From: Gammaproteobacteria bacterium
Lineage (GTDB): Bacteria > Pseudomonadota > Gammaproteobacteria > UBA4575
Direction: 5' to 3'
Length of the DNA stretch: 64,000 bases
Assembly: GCA_965243395.1 (NCBI GenBank)
Contig: CBDEUS010000002.1
Location: forward strand, 1,120,001 to 1,184,000
Shown here: positions 1 to 11,225 of the stretch, piece by piece
How the letters are laid out: every line of letters begins with the position of its first letter
How positions within the stretch are numbered: the first letter of the stretch is position 1
The notes under the pieces: generated by a model
Database searches by the model: none
What the model saw: only the letters and a program-made list of their open reading frames with translations
Told to the model about the DNA's origin: nothing
Translations under genes and position numbers: made by a program

Positions 1-1
1 T

Positions 2-529
<528 letters not shown>

Positions 530-619
530 ACTCATTGACATTAATCTGTTCCTATAAGATAGTTCATTAATGTTATGGTTTGATATTTTCGTAGTTGTCA
601 CTATTGAGGCTGTACAGAT

Positions 620-991
620 TTGAAAACTGAACGCCGAGCTGTCGCGCGTTACCGTGCAAAAATTCCTGTGCGGATTGAAATAGATGATTACCGATTTGAT
701 GCCACAACCACGGAAATATCCCTGCAAGGATTACGAATCTTATGCTCTGGCCCTGTGGCTAATTCCGTATTTAATCAATATATACAAGTAACACCTGGTG
801 AAAATATCACTGCGAATATTAATATTAATATTTCAAATGCAGTAGATTTAGCAGATACACTGAATTGTCAGACTAGAGTGATAACGGTTAATCGCGTGTC
901 TCAAGATAGTTATATCGTTGGCTTTAAGATTATAGAGTTTTTAGATGATGATTTTGACCGCTGGCATGATCATATTGCTACTAAACACTAG
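620..991 (+). CDS. Stand-alone PilZ-domain protein (c-di-GMP receptor-like)
   Basis: ERRAVAR (RxxxR) and EISLQG (D/NxSxxG-like) motifs; TTG start. Confidence 0.75.
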   Translation: MKTERRAVARYRAKIPVRIEIDDYRFDATTTEISLQGLRILCSGPVANSVFNQYIQVTPGENITANININISNAVDLADTLNCQTRVITVNRVSQDSYIVGFKIIEFLDDDFDRWHDHIATKH

Positions 992-1115
992 TCAAGATTT
1001 TTTATAATTTAATAAGCATTAATCCATGCTACTTGATAATACTTTGCTAAAATGAAAGAGTATTTTGTATTGGATTGAATCCCAGAGTTTACATCTAAAT
1101 TTTACAACCTTTAAA

Positions 1116-1877
1116 TTGTCTAATATTCACTCAACTGCTGTTGTATCTCCAAAAGCGGAAATAGATACCGATGTAAAAATTGGACCATATAGCGTTGTTA
1201 AAGAAAACGTAGTCATTGGTGCAGGAACCGAAATAGGGCCTCATTGCGTAATTCATTCCTATGTAAAGTTTGGTAAAGATAATCAATTGCATGCTCAGGC
1301 TGTTATTGGCGGAATTCCTCAAGATTTAGCTTTTAGTGGTGAAGAAACATGGGTAGAGATCGGTGATGAAAATATTATTCGAGAAAATTGTACGATTCAT
1401 CGCTCTACCAATCCTAATAAACCAACAACTTTAGGCTCTAAATGTTATTTAATGAGCTACTCACATGTTGCGCATGATTGCCAACTTGGAAATGAAGTAA
1501 TTCTCACGGCTTATGTGGGACTTAGCGGACATATAGAAATTGGTGACAAAGCCAATTTGGGCGGACATGTTGGTACACATCAGTTTATTCGTATTGGCAG
1601 GATGTCCATGATTGCTGGGTATACCCCTGTCCGCAAAGATGTTTTGCCATTTTGTCTGTTGGGAGGAGATCCAGTACGGCATATGCGTTTAAATACAATT
1701 GGCTTGCGACGCTCCGGAATTAAGGGCGAGCAATATAAAAAGCTCGAACAAACATTTCGAAATTTGCGAGATGGAGAAGCTATAGAAGACCAGCATGGAA
1801 CTCCTGAAATTGATTATCTTCGAGAATGGATGTTAGCGCCATCTAAACGAGGAATTTATGGGTTTTTAAAAAACTGA
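1116..1877 (+). CDS. lpxA: Acyl-ACP--UDP-N-acetylglucosamine O-acyltransferase
   Basis: Hexapeptide repeats, PQDL, IREN.TIHR, SHVAHDC, GTHQF, LNTIGLRR. Start placed at TTG 1116 (LSNIHSTA). Confidence 0.9.
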   Translation: MSNIHSTAVVSPKAEIDTDVKIGPYSVVKENVVIGAGTEIGPHCVIHSYVKFGKDNQLHAQAVIGGIPQDLAFSGEETWVEIGDENIIRENCTIHRSTNPNKPTTLGSKCYLMSYSHVAHDCQLGNEVILTAYVGLSGHIEIGDKANLGGHVGTHQFIRIGRMSMIAGYTPVRKDVLPFCLLGGDPVRHMRLNTIGLRRSGIKGEQYKKLEQTFRNLRDGEAIEDQHGTPEIDYLREWMLAPSKRGIYGFLKN

Positions 1878-1901
1878 AAATATTCTGTTAATTTTCTTTA
1901 A

Positions 1902-2417
1902 ATGTCTAAACTTATTAAACTGATTTTTGAAATTTGTCTGTTGCGCAAGGGCCCAGAGGATTTACCTGCAACACGCTCAGTGTTGCTTAACTTACTCATG
2001 GTAAGTTTAGTAGTTTCTATTTTTTTAGGCTTGATGATTTATGATACGAATGTTGCTTTGGTTTCCAGTATTGCAGGATTATTATTTTCATATATTTTTA
2101 CAAAAATATTATTAATCAATATGCCTGAACGATTTATACAAACGTTTAGTGCGATGTTAGGCACTGTCACTTTAATTAATTTACTTTCTTTGCCGGTTTT
2201 TGCTCCTTTATCGAATAAAGAGTTAAATGAAAGTATAGAAGTCTTGCTGAGCGTAGTCAGTTTTGGATTTTTAATTTGGATAATTGTGGTGTACGGATTC
2301 ATATTCAGCCGAGCACTTTCTGTAGCTCTAAATTACGGGATAGCGATAAGCGTTGGTTATACTTTTTTAAGTATCATCATTTTGCAATTGATTATGACAG
2401 GGAAAACACCCGCTTAA
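1902..2417 (+). CDS. Hypothetical inner-membrane protein (about 5 TM), coupled to mpl
   Basis: Hydrophobic helices; N-terminal ICLLRKGPEDLP; TAATG overlap with the mpl start. Confidence 0.75.
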   Translation: MSKLIKLIFEICLLRKGPEDLPATRSVLLNLLMVSLVVSIFLGLMIYDTNVALVSSIAGLLFSYIFTKILLINMPERFIQTFSAMLGTVTLINLLSLPVFAPLSNKELNESIEVLLSVVSFGFLIWIIVVYGFIFSRALSVALNYGIAISVGYTFLSIIILQLIMTGKTPA

Positions 2418-3799
2418 TGCATATTCATATTCTTGGAATTTGCGGAACTTTTATGGGTAGTTTAGCTATTATCGCTAAACAATTAGGTCATACTGTTTCT
2501 GGTTCAGATGTGAATGTTTATCCCCCGATGAGCACTCAACTTGAGATGGCTGGGATAGAATTAATGAGTGGCTATTCAGTCGATCACCTGTTTCCCATGC
2601 CAGATCAGATTATTGTAGGCAATGTTATGTCCCGTGGTAATGAGGTTGCCGAGTACTTGTTAAATAACCATATAGCCTACACATCGGGCCCTGCCTGGTT
2701 GCATGATCAGGTCTTACAAGAACGCTGGGTGCTTGCTGTGGCAGGTACACATGGCAAAACTACGACAAGTAGTATGCTTGCCTGGATTATGGAGTCTGCT
2801 GGTTTAAAGCCAGGGTTTTTGATTGGTGGAGTGCCTGAAAACTTTGAGTACTCTTCCCGATTGGGCGATTCTAAGTACTTTGTAATAGAAGCAGATGAAT
2901 ACGATACTGCTTTTTTTGATAAGCGGTCAAAATTCATACATTACTGTCCCCATACTTTATTGATAAATAACTTAGAATTTGACCATGCAGATATTTTTGA
3001 TGATCTCGACGCTATAAAGCGTCAATTCCATCATCTGCTTCGTATTTTGCCCAGTGATGGAAAGCTCATCATTAATCATGATGATCTAAATATTAAAGAT
3101 GTGATAGATATGGGATGTTGGACACCAATTGAATCGTTTTCTACAACTAATTCTTCTGCAACATGGTTTGCAGATGATATAGATCTTCAAAACTCTCACT
3201 TTACGTTGCAACAAAATAACAAACCACGAGGCTTAGGGGCGTTAAAACTTTTAGGTCGCCACAATATTACTAACGCGATCGCTGCGATTGCGGCAGCACA
3301 GCATGCGGGTGTTTATGTTGAGGATGCATTGCAGGCACTCACAACATTCTCTGGTGTGAAACGGCGTTTAGAGCACATAGGTACATTTAACAATATTAGT
3401 ATCTATGATGATTTTGCTCATCATCCAACAGAAATTGCAGCAACGATTTCTGCATTTAAAGATCAATGTACAGAGGGGCGCATCATTACAATTTTTGAGC
3501 CACGCTCAAATTCAATGCGGCTTGGAATTCATGTAGAGCATTTGGCAAATGCCTTTAATGATGCAGATAAGGTATTTATTTTTGAACCCAGTGATTTACA
3601 GTGGTCTATGCAAGAAGTTGCTCATAATATTAAACCAGATACAAAAGTATTTACTGGCGTAGATGATGTTGTTTTAGATTTACTAAATGAAGTTAAACCA
3701 GGAGACAATATACTAATACTTAGTAATGGAAGTTTTGATAACTTATCTGCAAAATTGGTGTTGCAAATGTCAAGCCGTGAGTCAGGTGCTATACATTAA
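2417..3799 (+). CDS. mpl: Murein peptide ligase
   Basis: MHIHILGICGTFMG, AGTHGKTTT, EADEYDTAFFDKRSKF, DDFAHHPT. True start is ATG 2417, not 2276. Confidence 0.95.
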   Translation: MHIHILGICGTFMGSLAIIAKQLGHTVSGSDVNVYPPMSTQLEMAGIELMSGYSVDHLFPMPDQIIVGNVMSRGNEVAEYLLNNHIAYTSGPAWLHDQVLQERWVLAVAGTHGKTTTSSMLAWIMESAGLKPGFLIGGVPENFEYSSRLGDSKYFVIEADEYDTAFFDKRSKFIHYCPHTLLINNLEFDHADIFDDLDAIKRQFHHLLRILPSDGKLIINHDDLNIKDVIDMGCWTPIESFSTTNSSATWFADDIDLQNSHFTLQQNNKPRGLGALKLLGRHNITNAIAAIAAAQHAGVYVEDALQALTTFSGVKRRLEHIGTFNNISIYDDFAHHPTEIAATISAFKDQCTEGRIITIFEPRSNSMRLGIHVEHLANAFNDADKVFIFEPSDLQWSMQEVAHNIKPDTKVFTGVDDVVLDLLNEVKPGDNILILSNGSFDNLSAKLVLQMSSRESGAIH

Positions 3800-3814
3800 A
3801 ATGTTTTTAATACC

Positions 3815-5122
3815 ATGACTAACAAAAGAAAACGCCGTAATTTATCTTCTGGGGATCGAATTGGTAAATACCAGCTTGATAGAATCATACATCAAGGGAA
3901 ATATCGTACAATATATAAGGCGTTCGATCCTTTTTTGGAACGCGATGTGGCAATTAAAATTAGCCAGTTTCCAGATGATCCTCATGGTGAAGAAAATTCT
4001 CAACAATTACGAAATTCATTTTTTTTAGAAACGCGTGCTGTAGGACAATTACAACACCCAAATATTGTCGCAGTCTATGATGCGGGAGTAGGTGACCGTC
4101 AAACATTCATTGTGATGGAGTATATAGAAGCGAAGAGCTTGGCTTCTATAATGAATGCTAAAGAAGAAATCCCAATTTCAAAAGCGATTGATATTGCTTT
4201 TAAGTGTTGCAAAGCACTTGAATATGCGCATAGTAAAAATGTTGTACACCGCGATATTAAACCCGCAAATATACTCATCACAACGGATGGTAATGTAAAA
4301 ATTGTAGACTTTGGTGTTGCTAAGGTGCGTGATGAAATAGATACATTCTCGAGCGGGTTATTTGGTTCTCCTTTATATATGTCCCCGGAGCAAATTGAAG
4401 AGCAGGAGGTAGGACCCAGCACGGATTTGTATGCGCTAGGTGTGGTCTTATATGAAATGTTAACAGGTGATAGATTATATGAGGCTGATAATGTGCATAC
4501 GTTAATGTATAAAATTTTACATGAAAAACCTGAAACACTCGCTAGTCGAGGAGTGGAGCATGCAAGTAAAATACAACCTGTTATTGACCAAGCCCTAGAA
4601 AAATCTCAAGATCAACGTTATCCAGCTGCTGCAGATTTTGCCGCAGCAATAAGCAGTGTTGATATAGCCTTACGTTATGAAGAATCAGAAATCATCAAGC
4701 AAGTTAATGCTGAGCAAGCAGGCATGCTTGGTTTTTTTAAAGATTTTAATCATAAACAATTATCGGAATTTGTTGACTTAGTAACCTGGTTGCGAATTTC
4801 GCAAGATGAGACCATTATTTCTGCTGGTGAAATAGACCAAACTTTTTATGTAATCGTGGGTGGTAGAGCAATAGTTTATAAATTAAATGAGCCGGTGAAA
4901 ACATTAAACGAGGGCGATTGTTTTGGTGAGGTTGGACTATTGCGTAATGAAAATAGTAGTACAAGTATCATTGCAAATAGTGACATGTTGTTAATGAAGC
5001 TTACAACCTCCGATTTAGATAAAATGTCTTCAACATTACAAGCACAGTTTTATAAAGCTGTAGCACATTCTATGGTTAAGCGCTTAGCTGAAGACAAATT
5101 AACGGCGGATAAAGCTGCTTAA
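3815..5122 (+). CDS. Hanks-type Ser/Thr protein kinase with C-terminal cNMP-binding-like domain
   Basis: VAIK, HRDIKPAN, DFG, YMSPE, DLYALG; C-terminal FYVIVGG...GDCFGEVGLL. Confidence 0.9.
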   Translation: MTNKRKRRNLSSGDRIGKYQLDRIIHQGKYRTIYKAFDPFLERDVAIKISQFPDDPHGEENSQQLRNSFFLETRAVGQLQHPNIVAVYDAGVGDRQTFIVMEYIEAKSLASIMNAKEEIPISKAIDIAFKCCKALEYAHSKNVVHRDIKPANILITTDGNVKIVDFGVAKVRDEIDTFSSGLFGSPLYMSPEQIEEQEVGPSTDLYALGVVLYEMLTGDRLYEADNVHTLMYKILHEKPETLASRGVEHASKIQPVIDQALEKSQDQRYPAAADFAAAISSVDIALRYEESEIIKQVNAEQAGMLGFFKDFNHKQLSEFVDLVTWLRISQDETIISAGEIDQTFYVIVGGRAIVYKLNEPVKTLNEGDCFGEVGLLRNENSSTSIIANSDMLLMKLTTSDLDKMSSTLQAQFYKAVAHSMVKRLAEDKLTADKAA

Positions 5123-5204
5123 TCAAGGTAAAATTCTGGTAATCCGAGTTTTTCCAACTCGCCCCTATAAAACTTATTTTTTAAGTAGGAAAAGAATTTA
5201 GCTC

Positions 5205-5798
5205 TTGTCTTCTAATTTGCAAACATTGCCATTGTTTCCTCTCAATACCGTTATTTTTCCCGGTGGAGCATTGCCATTACGAATTTTTGAGCCACGCTAT
5301 TTAGATATGGTTAAAGAATGTATGCGCAATAATCATGGCTTTGGTATTGCATTAATTAAAAATGGCAATGAATCAGGGTCGGTAGCTGATGTGTACAAAA
5401 CAGGAACAGAATGCCGAATAGACGATTGGGAAACTTTACCGGATGGTTTATTGGGTATTACTGCATATGGTGAAAATAGAATACATATTGAGAACACTCA
5501 TGTTCAAACTGACCAATTGTTGATGGGAGAAGTCGCGTGTATAGAAGAAGACTCTGATACAGAGCTCCCGGAAGAATTTGAAGAGATGCGTATTTTGCTA
5601 CAGAACATAATTACCCAAATTGGGAAGCCATATATAAATTTACCTGCTCATTATGATAAGGCAGGGTGGGTGAGCGCTCGTCTTACAGAGCTGTTACCTC
5701 TACAATCTGCAACTAAGCAAAGACTCTTAGAAATTAATGATCACATTGTGCGTTTATATCATCTAAAAGAGGCTATGCAGGAATTTAAATTTTTATAA
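5205..5798 (+). CDS. Stand-alone LON peptidase substrate-binding (N-terminal) domain protein
   Basis: LPLFPL..V.FPGG.LPLRIFEPRY..MV signature; no AAA or protease domain. Confidence 0.9.
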   Translation: MSSNLQTLPLFPLNTVIFPGGALPLRIFEPRYLDMVKECMRNNHGFGIALIKNGNESGSVADVYKTGTECRIDDWETLPDGLLGITAYGENRIHIENTHVQTDQLLMGEVACIEEDSDTELPEEFEEMRILLQNIITQIGKPYINLPAHYDKAGWVSARLTELLPLQSATKQRLLEINDHIVRLYHLKEAMQEFKFL

Positions 5799-5812
5799 CG
5801 AAGGAGAGTAAT

Positions 5813-6196
5813 GTGGCAACGATTGCCCTAACAAAGGACAACTTTAACGAAACTGTTGAAAACAATGATATTGTAATTATCGATTTTTGGGCTTCATGGT
5901 GTGGCCCTTGTAAGTCTTTTGCGCCAACTTTTGAAACCGCATCAGAAAATCATGAGGATGTTGTATTTGCCAAAGTTAATACAGAAGAAGAGCAGGAGCT
6001 CGCCCAAGCTTGTAATATTCGCTCAATACCAACATTGATGATTTTTCGAGAGCAAATTTTATTGTATTCACAAGCAGGCGCATTACCACCTGCGCAATTA
6101 GAAGATATCATTGACAAAACTAAAGCTTTAGACATGGACCAAGTGCGAGCAGATATTCAAAAGCAAAGCGATGAGCAAGGTTCAAAAAAAGCCTGA
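5813..6196 (+). CDS. trxA: Thioredoxin
   Basis: DFWASWCGPC and IRSIPT motifs; AAGGAG RBS before a GTG start. Confidence 0.9.
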   Translation: MATIALTKDNFNETVENNDIVIIDFWASWCGPCKSFAPTFETASENHEDVVFAKVNTEEEQELAQACNIRSIPTLMIFREQILLYSQAGALPPAQLEDIIDKTKALDMDQVRADIQKQSDEQGSKKA

Positions 6197-6211
6197 AATT
6201 TAAAGAGCTAA

Positions 6212-8044
6212 ATGACCGAAGATAGTATCGATAAAGTATCTGACGTAAGCCCAGACGCGGTTCCTGAACGCTACACTGTGCGCCATGTATTAAATATGGC
6301 GCTCGCTCATAAAAAAGAACTTTTCTCGGCACATATCATTGCCATTGTAGCGGTGCTAGCTAGCATTCCCATTCCTTTGTTAATACCTTTGTTGATTGAC
6401 GAAGTTTTATTAGACAAGCCTGGAAAAGTGGTGGAAACGATTGGAAGGTATTTCCCCGAGTCATTGCATAGTCCTTTTCTTTATATCATTGCACTTACTG
6501 TAGTATGCATTGTGTTGCGTTTAGTCTATTTGTTGCTAAATGTTTGGCAAACAAAAAAGTTTGTAGGTATTGCAAAAGACATTATTTACCGTATTCGCCG
6601 TCAGCTACTCAATAGACTCAAGTCAGTGGCAATGTCTGAGTATGAAACTTTAGGCGGTGGCGCAGTCTCATCAAAATTTGTTACAGATTTAAATACAGTA
6701 GACCAGTTTGCCGGAGAGACAGTAAGTAAGTTTTTAGTTGCTGCTTTAACTATCGTAGGAGTGGCAGGAGTGTTGATCTGGCTGCACTGGCAGCTTGCGC
6801 TTTTTATTTTGTTTGTAAATCCTTTGGTGATTTACATTACCATGTTAATAGGTAAAAAAGTAAAAGAACTAAAGAAGAAAGAAAATAAATCTTTTGAAAA
6901 ATTCCAGCAATCACTCACTGAAACCTTAGATGGCATCCAGCAGATTCGTGCAAGTAATCGAGAAACATATTATTTAGATCGTGTAAAGGAGGATGCAGAA
7001 CAAGTAAAACAACATTCAACCGCATTTTCTTGGAAAAGTGATGCAGCTAACCGTTTGTCGTTCTCGGTATTTTTAATTGGCTTTGATATTTTCCGAGCAG
7101 TAAGTATGGCGATGGTACTGCTAACGGATCTCAGTATAGGTGAAATGATCGCAGTGTTTGGCTATTTGTGGTTCATGATGGGGCCAGTGCAAGAGGTGCT
7201 TGGTATTCAATATTCTTTTTATGGGGCCAAAGCAGCGCTTGGTCGTATTAATGAATTACTCTATTTACCGAGTGAGCCAAAATATCCGCATATTGAAAAC
7301 CCTTTTGTAGATAAACATGCTGTCAGCGTACAAGTTCAAGATATCAAGTTTGCCTATGGTGATGGTCCCTATGTACTTGATGGTGTAAATCTTTCAATAC
7401 AAGCTGGAGAAAAAGTAGCCCTTGTGGGTGCAAGTGGTGGTGGAAAGTCGACCTTAGTACAAGTTTTATTGGGATTATACCCGCCGCTATTTGGTGAAAT
7501 TATGTTTGATAACGTTTCTGTTTCTCGCATTGGTATGGAAGTTGTACGTGAGCATGTTGCCTGTGTATTGCAACATCCTGCTTTATTTAATGACACAGTG
7601 CGTATGAATTTAACATTGGGTCGTGAGGTGCCTGATGCTGCCTTGTGGCGTGTACTTGAAGTTGCCCAGATTAAAGAAGTTGTGGAGGCTATGCCGAGGG
7701 GATTAGATAGTTTAATAGGTGTCGATGGAATTCGTTTGTCAGGTGGGCAGCGTCAACGTATTGCAATAGCAAGAATGGCGCTAACCAATCCTCAAGTCGT
7801 AATTTTAGACGAAGCAACTTCGGCACTTGATGCAGAGACCGAAGCAAAATTGCATATTGCTTTAGCGGATTATCTGAAAGGACGTACAATGATTATTGTT
7901 GCACACAGACTTAGCGCGGTAAAACAGGCCGATACCGTGTATGTGTTTGAAGATGGAAAAGTAACTGAACAAGGAGGTCATGATGAGTTGCTTATTGCAA
8001 ATGGATTGTATGCAAAGTTATATGGCCAACATCAAACTGCATAA
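6212..8044 (+). CDS. ABC exporter, fused permease/ATPase (MsbA-like family)
   Basis: Six-TM N-terminal domain, Walker A GASGGGKST, LSGGQRQR, ILDEATS, AHRLS. Confidence 0.9.
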   Translation: MTEDSIDKVSDVSPDAVPERYTVRHVLNMALAHKKELFSAHIIAIVAVLASIPIPLLIPLLIDEVLLDKPGKVVETIGRYFPESLHSPFLYIIALTVVCIVLRLVYLLLNVWQTKKFVGIAKDIIYRIRRQLLNRLKSVAMSEYETLGGGAVSSKFVTDLNTVDQFAGETVSKFLVAALTIVGVAGVLIWLHWQLALFILFVNPLVIYITMLIGKKVKELKKKENKSFEKFQQSLTETLDGIQQIRASNRETYYLDRVKEDAEQVKQHSTAFSWKSDAANRLSFSVFLIGFDIFRAVSMAMVLLTDLSIGEMIAVFGYLWFMMGPVQEVLGIQYSFYGAKAALGRINELLYLPSEPKYPHIENPFVDKHAVSVQVQDIKFAYGDGPYVLDGVNLSIQAGEKVALVGASGGGKSTLVQVLLGLYPPLFGEIMFDNVSVSRIGMEVVREHVACVLQHPALFNDTVRMNLTLGREVPDAALWRVLEVAQIKEVVEAMPRGLDSLIGVDGIRLSGGQRQRIAIARMALTNPQVVILDEATSALDAETEAKLHIALADYLKGRTMIIVAHRLSAVKQADTVYVFEDGKVTEQGGHDELLIANGLYAKLYGQHQTA

Positions 8045-8909
8045 ATGTATATTAATTTTAGTATGTGGGTTGTTTAGTACATCTGCATGTGCGCAGTCAT
8101 CGTATTCATATAATCATTTAGGTAATAGTGGCAAGGAGTTTACTCCTGCTTCTGAAATGTCTAGCAAGGACTGGGATGATCCGCACGAGTTAGAGCGTGT
8201 ATGGCAGGCTAGTTTTGTTCGGATTCCTGATCAAGATGGAAAATTTATTCAAACGAGTATTGCAGAAATTGATTCCATATCGCTGAAGAATAACAAAAAG
8301 TATCCAACCGTAATATATTTACATGGCTGTTCAGGATTCTGGGCAGGAACCATCAGACGAATTAATTTTTTAGCGCAGAATGGTTTTGCAGTAATCGCTC
8401 CACCTAGTTTTGCACGTGAAAAATATCCTCGTTCTTGTAGCGTGTATGAACTTGCAGGAGGATTGTATCGAGATACCATTCGGATGAGACAAAATGATGC
8501 TGAGAATGCAATCGGAAAGGCAAAAAATCTGGATTGGGTAGACGATAATAATATTTTCTTAATGGGGCTAAGTGAAGGCGGTATTACTACTGCAACATTT
8601 CATTCAAAAAATGAAAAACATTCTGTAAAAGCTCGCGTAGTGGAGGGTTGGACTTGTACATCGACATGGGATGAATATCGAGGTGTTCGTGCACCAAAAG
8701 ATGAACCTGTGTTAACTTTGGTAGGCTCTAAAGATCCGTGGTTTCAAAATCCTTATACCAATGGTGAGTGCACTGGCTTTCTTGATAAACGAAACGGTAG
8801 TAAATCAGTTGTATTTAAGAAAGGAGATTTAAGCTATAAACATGAGTTACTCGAAGATCAGAGTGTACAGAAAATTGTAAAAGAATTTTTACAGAAATAT
8901 ATTAACTAG
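8022..8909 (+). CDS. Exported alpha/beta hydrolase (dienelactone-hydrolase-like)
   Basis: Signal peptide, YLHGCSG, nucleophile elbow GLSEG, candidate Asp (KDPW) and His (KHEL). Start is uncertain. Confidence 0.7.
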   Translation: MANIKLHKCILILVCGLFSTSACAQSSYSYNHLGNSGKEFTPASEMSSKDWDDPHELERVWQASFVRIPDQDGKFIQTSIAEIDSISLKNNKKYPTVIYLHGCSGFWAGTIRRINFLAQNGFAVIAPPSFAREKYPRSCSVYELAGGLYRDTIRMRQNDAENAIGKAKNLDWVDDNNIFLMGLSEGGITTATFHSKNEKHSVKARVVEGWTCTSTWDEYRGVRAPKDEPVLTLVGSKDPWFQNPYTNGECTGFLDKRNGSKSVVFKKGDLSYKHELLEDQSVQKIVKEFLQKYIN

Positions 8910-8920
8910 ACTTATCCTAT

Positions 8921-9295
8921 ATGCAGCCAAGCGTTGTGAAATTTAATTCATCGCAAGAGTATTTTTTCGATGAAGGTTGTTTTATAACAGAACTTTCAAA
9001 CTCCAGTGAAGATCCAGGCTTGTCGATTGCGAGAGTGCGTGTAGAACCGGGGGTCACTACAAAACTACACCGTCTTACAAAAACAATTGAACGTTATGTG
9101 ATAGTAGAGGGGGAAGGAATTATAGTGCTTGGAGAAGAAGCACCAAAAAAAGTCAGTGCTAATGATGTTGTGATTATTCCAGCTGATTGCTCTCAACAGA
9201 TTACTAATACGGGTGACGGTGATTTGATATTCCTAGCTTTATGCTCACCAAGATTCACTATAGATTGCTATAAAGATCTTACGGGTCTTGCTTAA
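8921..9295 (+). CDS. Cupin-domain protein
   Basis: TKLHRL...[10 protein letters not shown]...VVIIPA cupin pattern. Confidence 0.8.
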   Translation: MQPSVVKFNSSQEYFFDEGCFITELSNSSEDPGLSIARVRVEPGVTTKLHRLTKTIERYVIVEGEGIIVLGEEAPKKVSANDVVIIPADCSQQITNTGDGDLIFLALCSPRFTIDCYKDLTGLA

Positions 9296-10572
9296 ATTTT
9301 TGCAAAGGCCTTATCAGCCATTTCAATGGTTTTTTCAATATCTTCTTCTGTGTGAGCTGCAGACATAAATCCAGCTTCATAAGAAGAGGGCGCAAAATAT
9401 ACGCCTTGGTCTAACATGCTATGGAAAAAAGTATTGAAGTGATCACCATTGCATGATGTGACTTGGGAAAAATTTGTAATTTTATCTTCTTCACTAAAGA
9501 ATAAACCAAACATTCCACTTACATAATTTGCAGTTAGAGGAATATTATTTTTTTTAGCTGCCTCTAACATACCATCAACTAAAAGTTTTGTTTTGCGGTG
9601 TAATTGATCGTGAAAACCACGTTCGGAGAGTAATTTGAGAGTAGTAAGCCCTGCAGTCATCGCAATGGGATTGCCGGAAAGAGTTCCAGCTTGATACACA
9701 GGTCCAACAGGTGCAAGTGAATCCATAATTGCTCGTTCTCCACCAATTGCTCCTACCGGCATTCCGCCGCCTAAAATTTTCCCTAGTGTTGTGAGATCTG
9801 GAACAACTTTATAAAGTTGTTGTGCGCCACCCTTGGCAACACGAAAACCTGTCATCACTTCATCAAAAATTAAAATCGATTTATATTCGGAACAAATTTT
9901 ACGTAAACCTTGCAAGAATCCTTTAATAGGGGGTACACAATTCATATTGCCTGCAATGGGCTCGACAATTACACAAGCAATTTCTTCGCCCACTTCTTCA
10001 AAGACTTGTTCAACTTCTTCTAAGTTGTTGTATGTTAGTGTAAGAGTATTTTCGGCAAGTTCAGGCGGTACGCCTGGAGAGCTGGGTACACCAAGAGTAA
10101 GTGCACCAGAGCCGGCTTTTACTAATAATGCATCACCATGCCCATGATAACAGCCTTCGAACTTTATAATTTTATTGCGACCCGTATGCCCCCGTGCGAG
10201 ACGAATTGCGCTCATAGTGGCTTCAGTACCTGAACTTGTCATGCGCACTAACTCAATAGACTCAATTAAATCACATACCATTTTAGCCATTTCGGTTTCG
10301 ATTTCCGTGGGCGTACCAAAACTCAAACCGTGCTGAGCTGCATGTTGAACGGCTTCAATTACTTCAGGATGAGCGTGACCCAACACCATGGGTCCCCAGG
10401 AGCCTACATAATCGATATATTCTTTATCGTGTATGTCATAAATATGTGCACCGGATGCACGTTTGATAAAAATGGGTGCACCGCCAACTGCTTTGAAAGC
10501 GCGCACAGGTGAATTAACTCCACCAGGAATAAATTTTTGAGCCTCTTCGAATGCTTGTTCAGAAGTAGTCAT
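9292..10572 (-). CDS. hemL: Glutamate-1-semialdehyde 2,1-aminomutase
   Basis: [44 protein letters not shown]. Confidence 0.97.
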   Translation of the reverse strand: MTTSEQAFEEAQKFIPGGVNSPVRAFKAVGGAPIFIKRASGAHIYDIHDKEYIDYVGSWGPMVLGHAHPEVIEAVQHAAQHGLSFGTPTEIETEMAKMVCDLIESIELVRMTSSGTEATMSAIRLARGHTGRNKIIKFEGCYHGHGDALLVKAGSGALTLGVPSSPGVPPELAENTLTLTYNNLEEVEQVFEEVGEEIACVIVEPIAGNMNCVPPIKGFLQGLRKICSEYKSILIFDEVMTGFRVAKGGAQQLYKVVPDLTTLGKILGGGMPVGAIGGERAIMDSLAPVGPVYQAGTLSGNPIAMTAGLTTLKLLSERGFHDQLHRKTKLLVDGMLEAAKKNNIPLTANYVSGMFGLFFSEEDKITNFSQVTSCNGDHFNTFFHSMLDQGVYFAPSSYEAGFMSAAHTEEDIEKTIEMADKAFAKI

Positions 10573-10596
10573 ATCATCAATAATTTGTTTGTGTGA

Positions 10597-11214
10597 TTAA
10601 AATAACGATAAATATTCTTGCACAGCTTGTGGAGTAGATGAAGCGTTAAAAATTCCACTAATAACAGCAATCATGTCTGCACCGGCATTGAGTACTGTAG
10701 CAGCATTTTTGGGAGTAATCCCGCCTATGGCGCAAATGGGTATGGTGAATTCACTTTTAGCTTGTTTGATGAGGGATGTATCTGCTTTAGGTGCTTGAGG
10801 TTTAATTGCTGAATGAAAAAAACTACCAAATGCTATGTAATTAGCTGAAGCTTGAACAGCGGGTTGAACATTGTTGATATCTGCATAGCATGAAGCACCA
10901 ATTATTTTATCTTTACCTAATATATTTCTCGCCATCTCAATTGAAATATCATCTTTTCCAAGATGTACGCCATCAGCATTTATTGATTTTGCGAGATCTA
11001 CATCATCATTAATTACTAATAAACTTTGATGGGTATTTGTCAATTTGTGTAATTGCTTAGCGATTGCAGCTTTATCAATAGGTGGATTAATTTTATCGCG
11101 GTATTGAATGATCTTTACACCTGTAGATAAGACTTCTTGAGCTTTAGTAATAATATTTTTTTTGCCAATGCATTCTGCATCGGCAATCACATATAGGCCT
11201 TGAAGTTTTTGCAT
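10597..11214 (-). CDS. thiE: Thiamine phosphate synthase
   Basis: IQYRDK, INDD, DGVHLG, IGASC, AIGGI. Start taken at MQKLQGLY. Confidence 0.93.
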   Translation of the reverse strand: MQKLQGLYVIADAECIGKKNIITKAQEVLSTGVKIIQYRDKINPPIDKAAIAKQLHKLTNTHQSLLVINDDVDLAKSINADGVHLGKDDISIEMARNILGKDKIIGASCYADINNVQPAVQASANYIAFGSFFHSAIKPQAPKADTSLIKQAKSEFTIPICAIGGITPKNAATVLNAGADMIAVISGIFNASSTPQAVQEYLSLF

Positions 11215-11225
11215 GCAAGAAATAA

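Noticed and set aside
2276-2416. N-terminal extensions in the ORF track (mpl 2276, lpxA 1065, 7980, 30162, 55838, 61007)
   Set aside because: They overlap neighbouring genes or terminators, or precede the family-typical N-terminus, so downstream starts were chosen.
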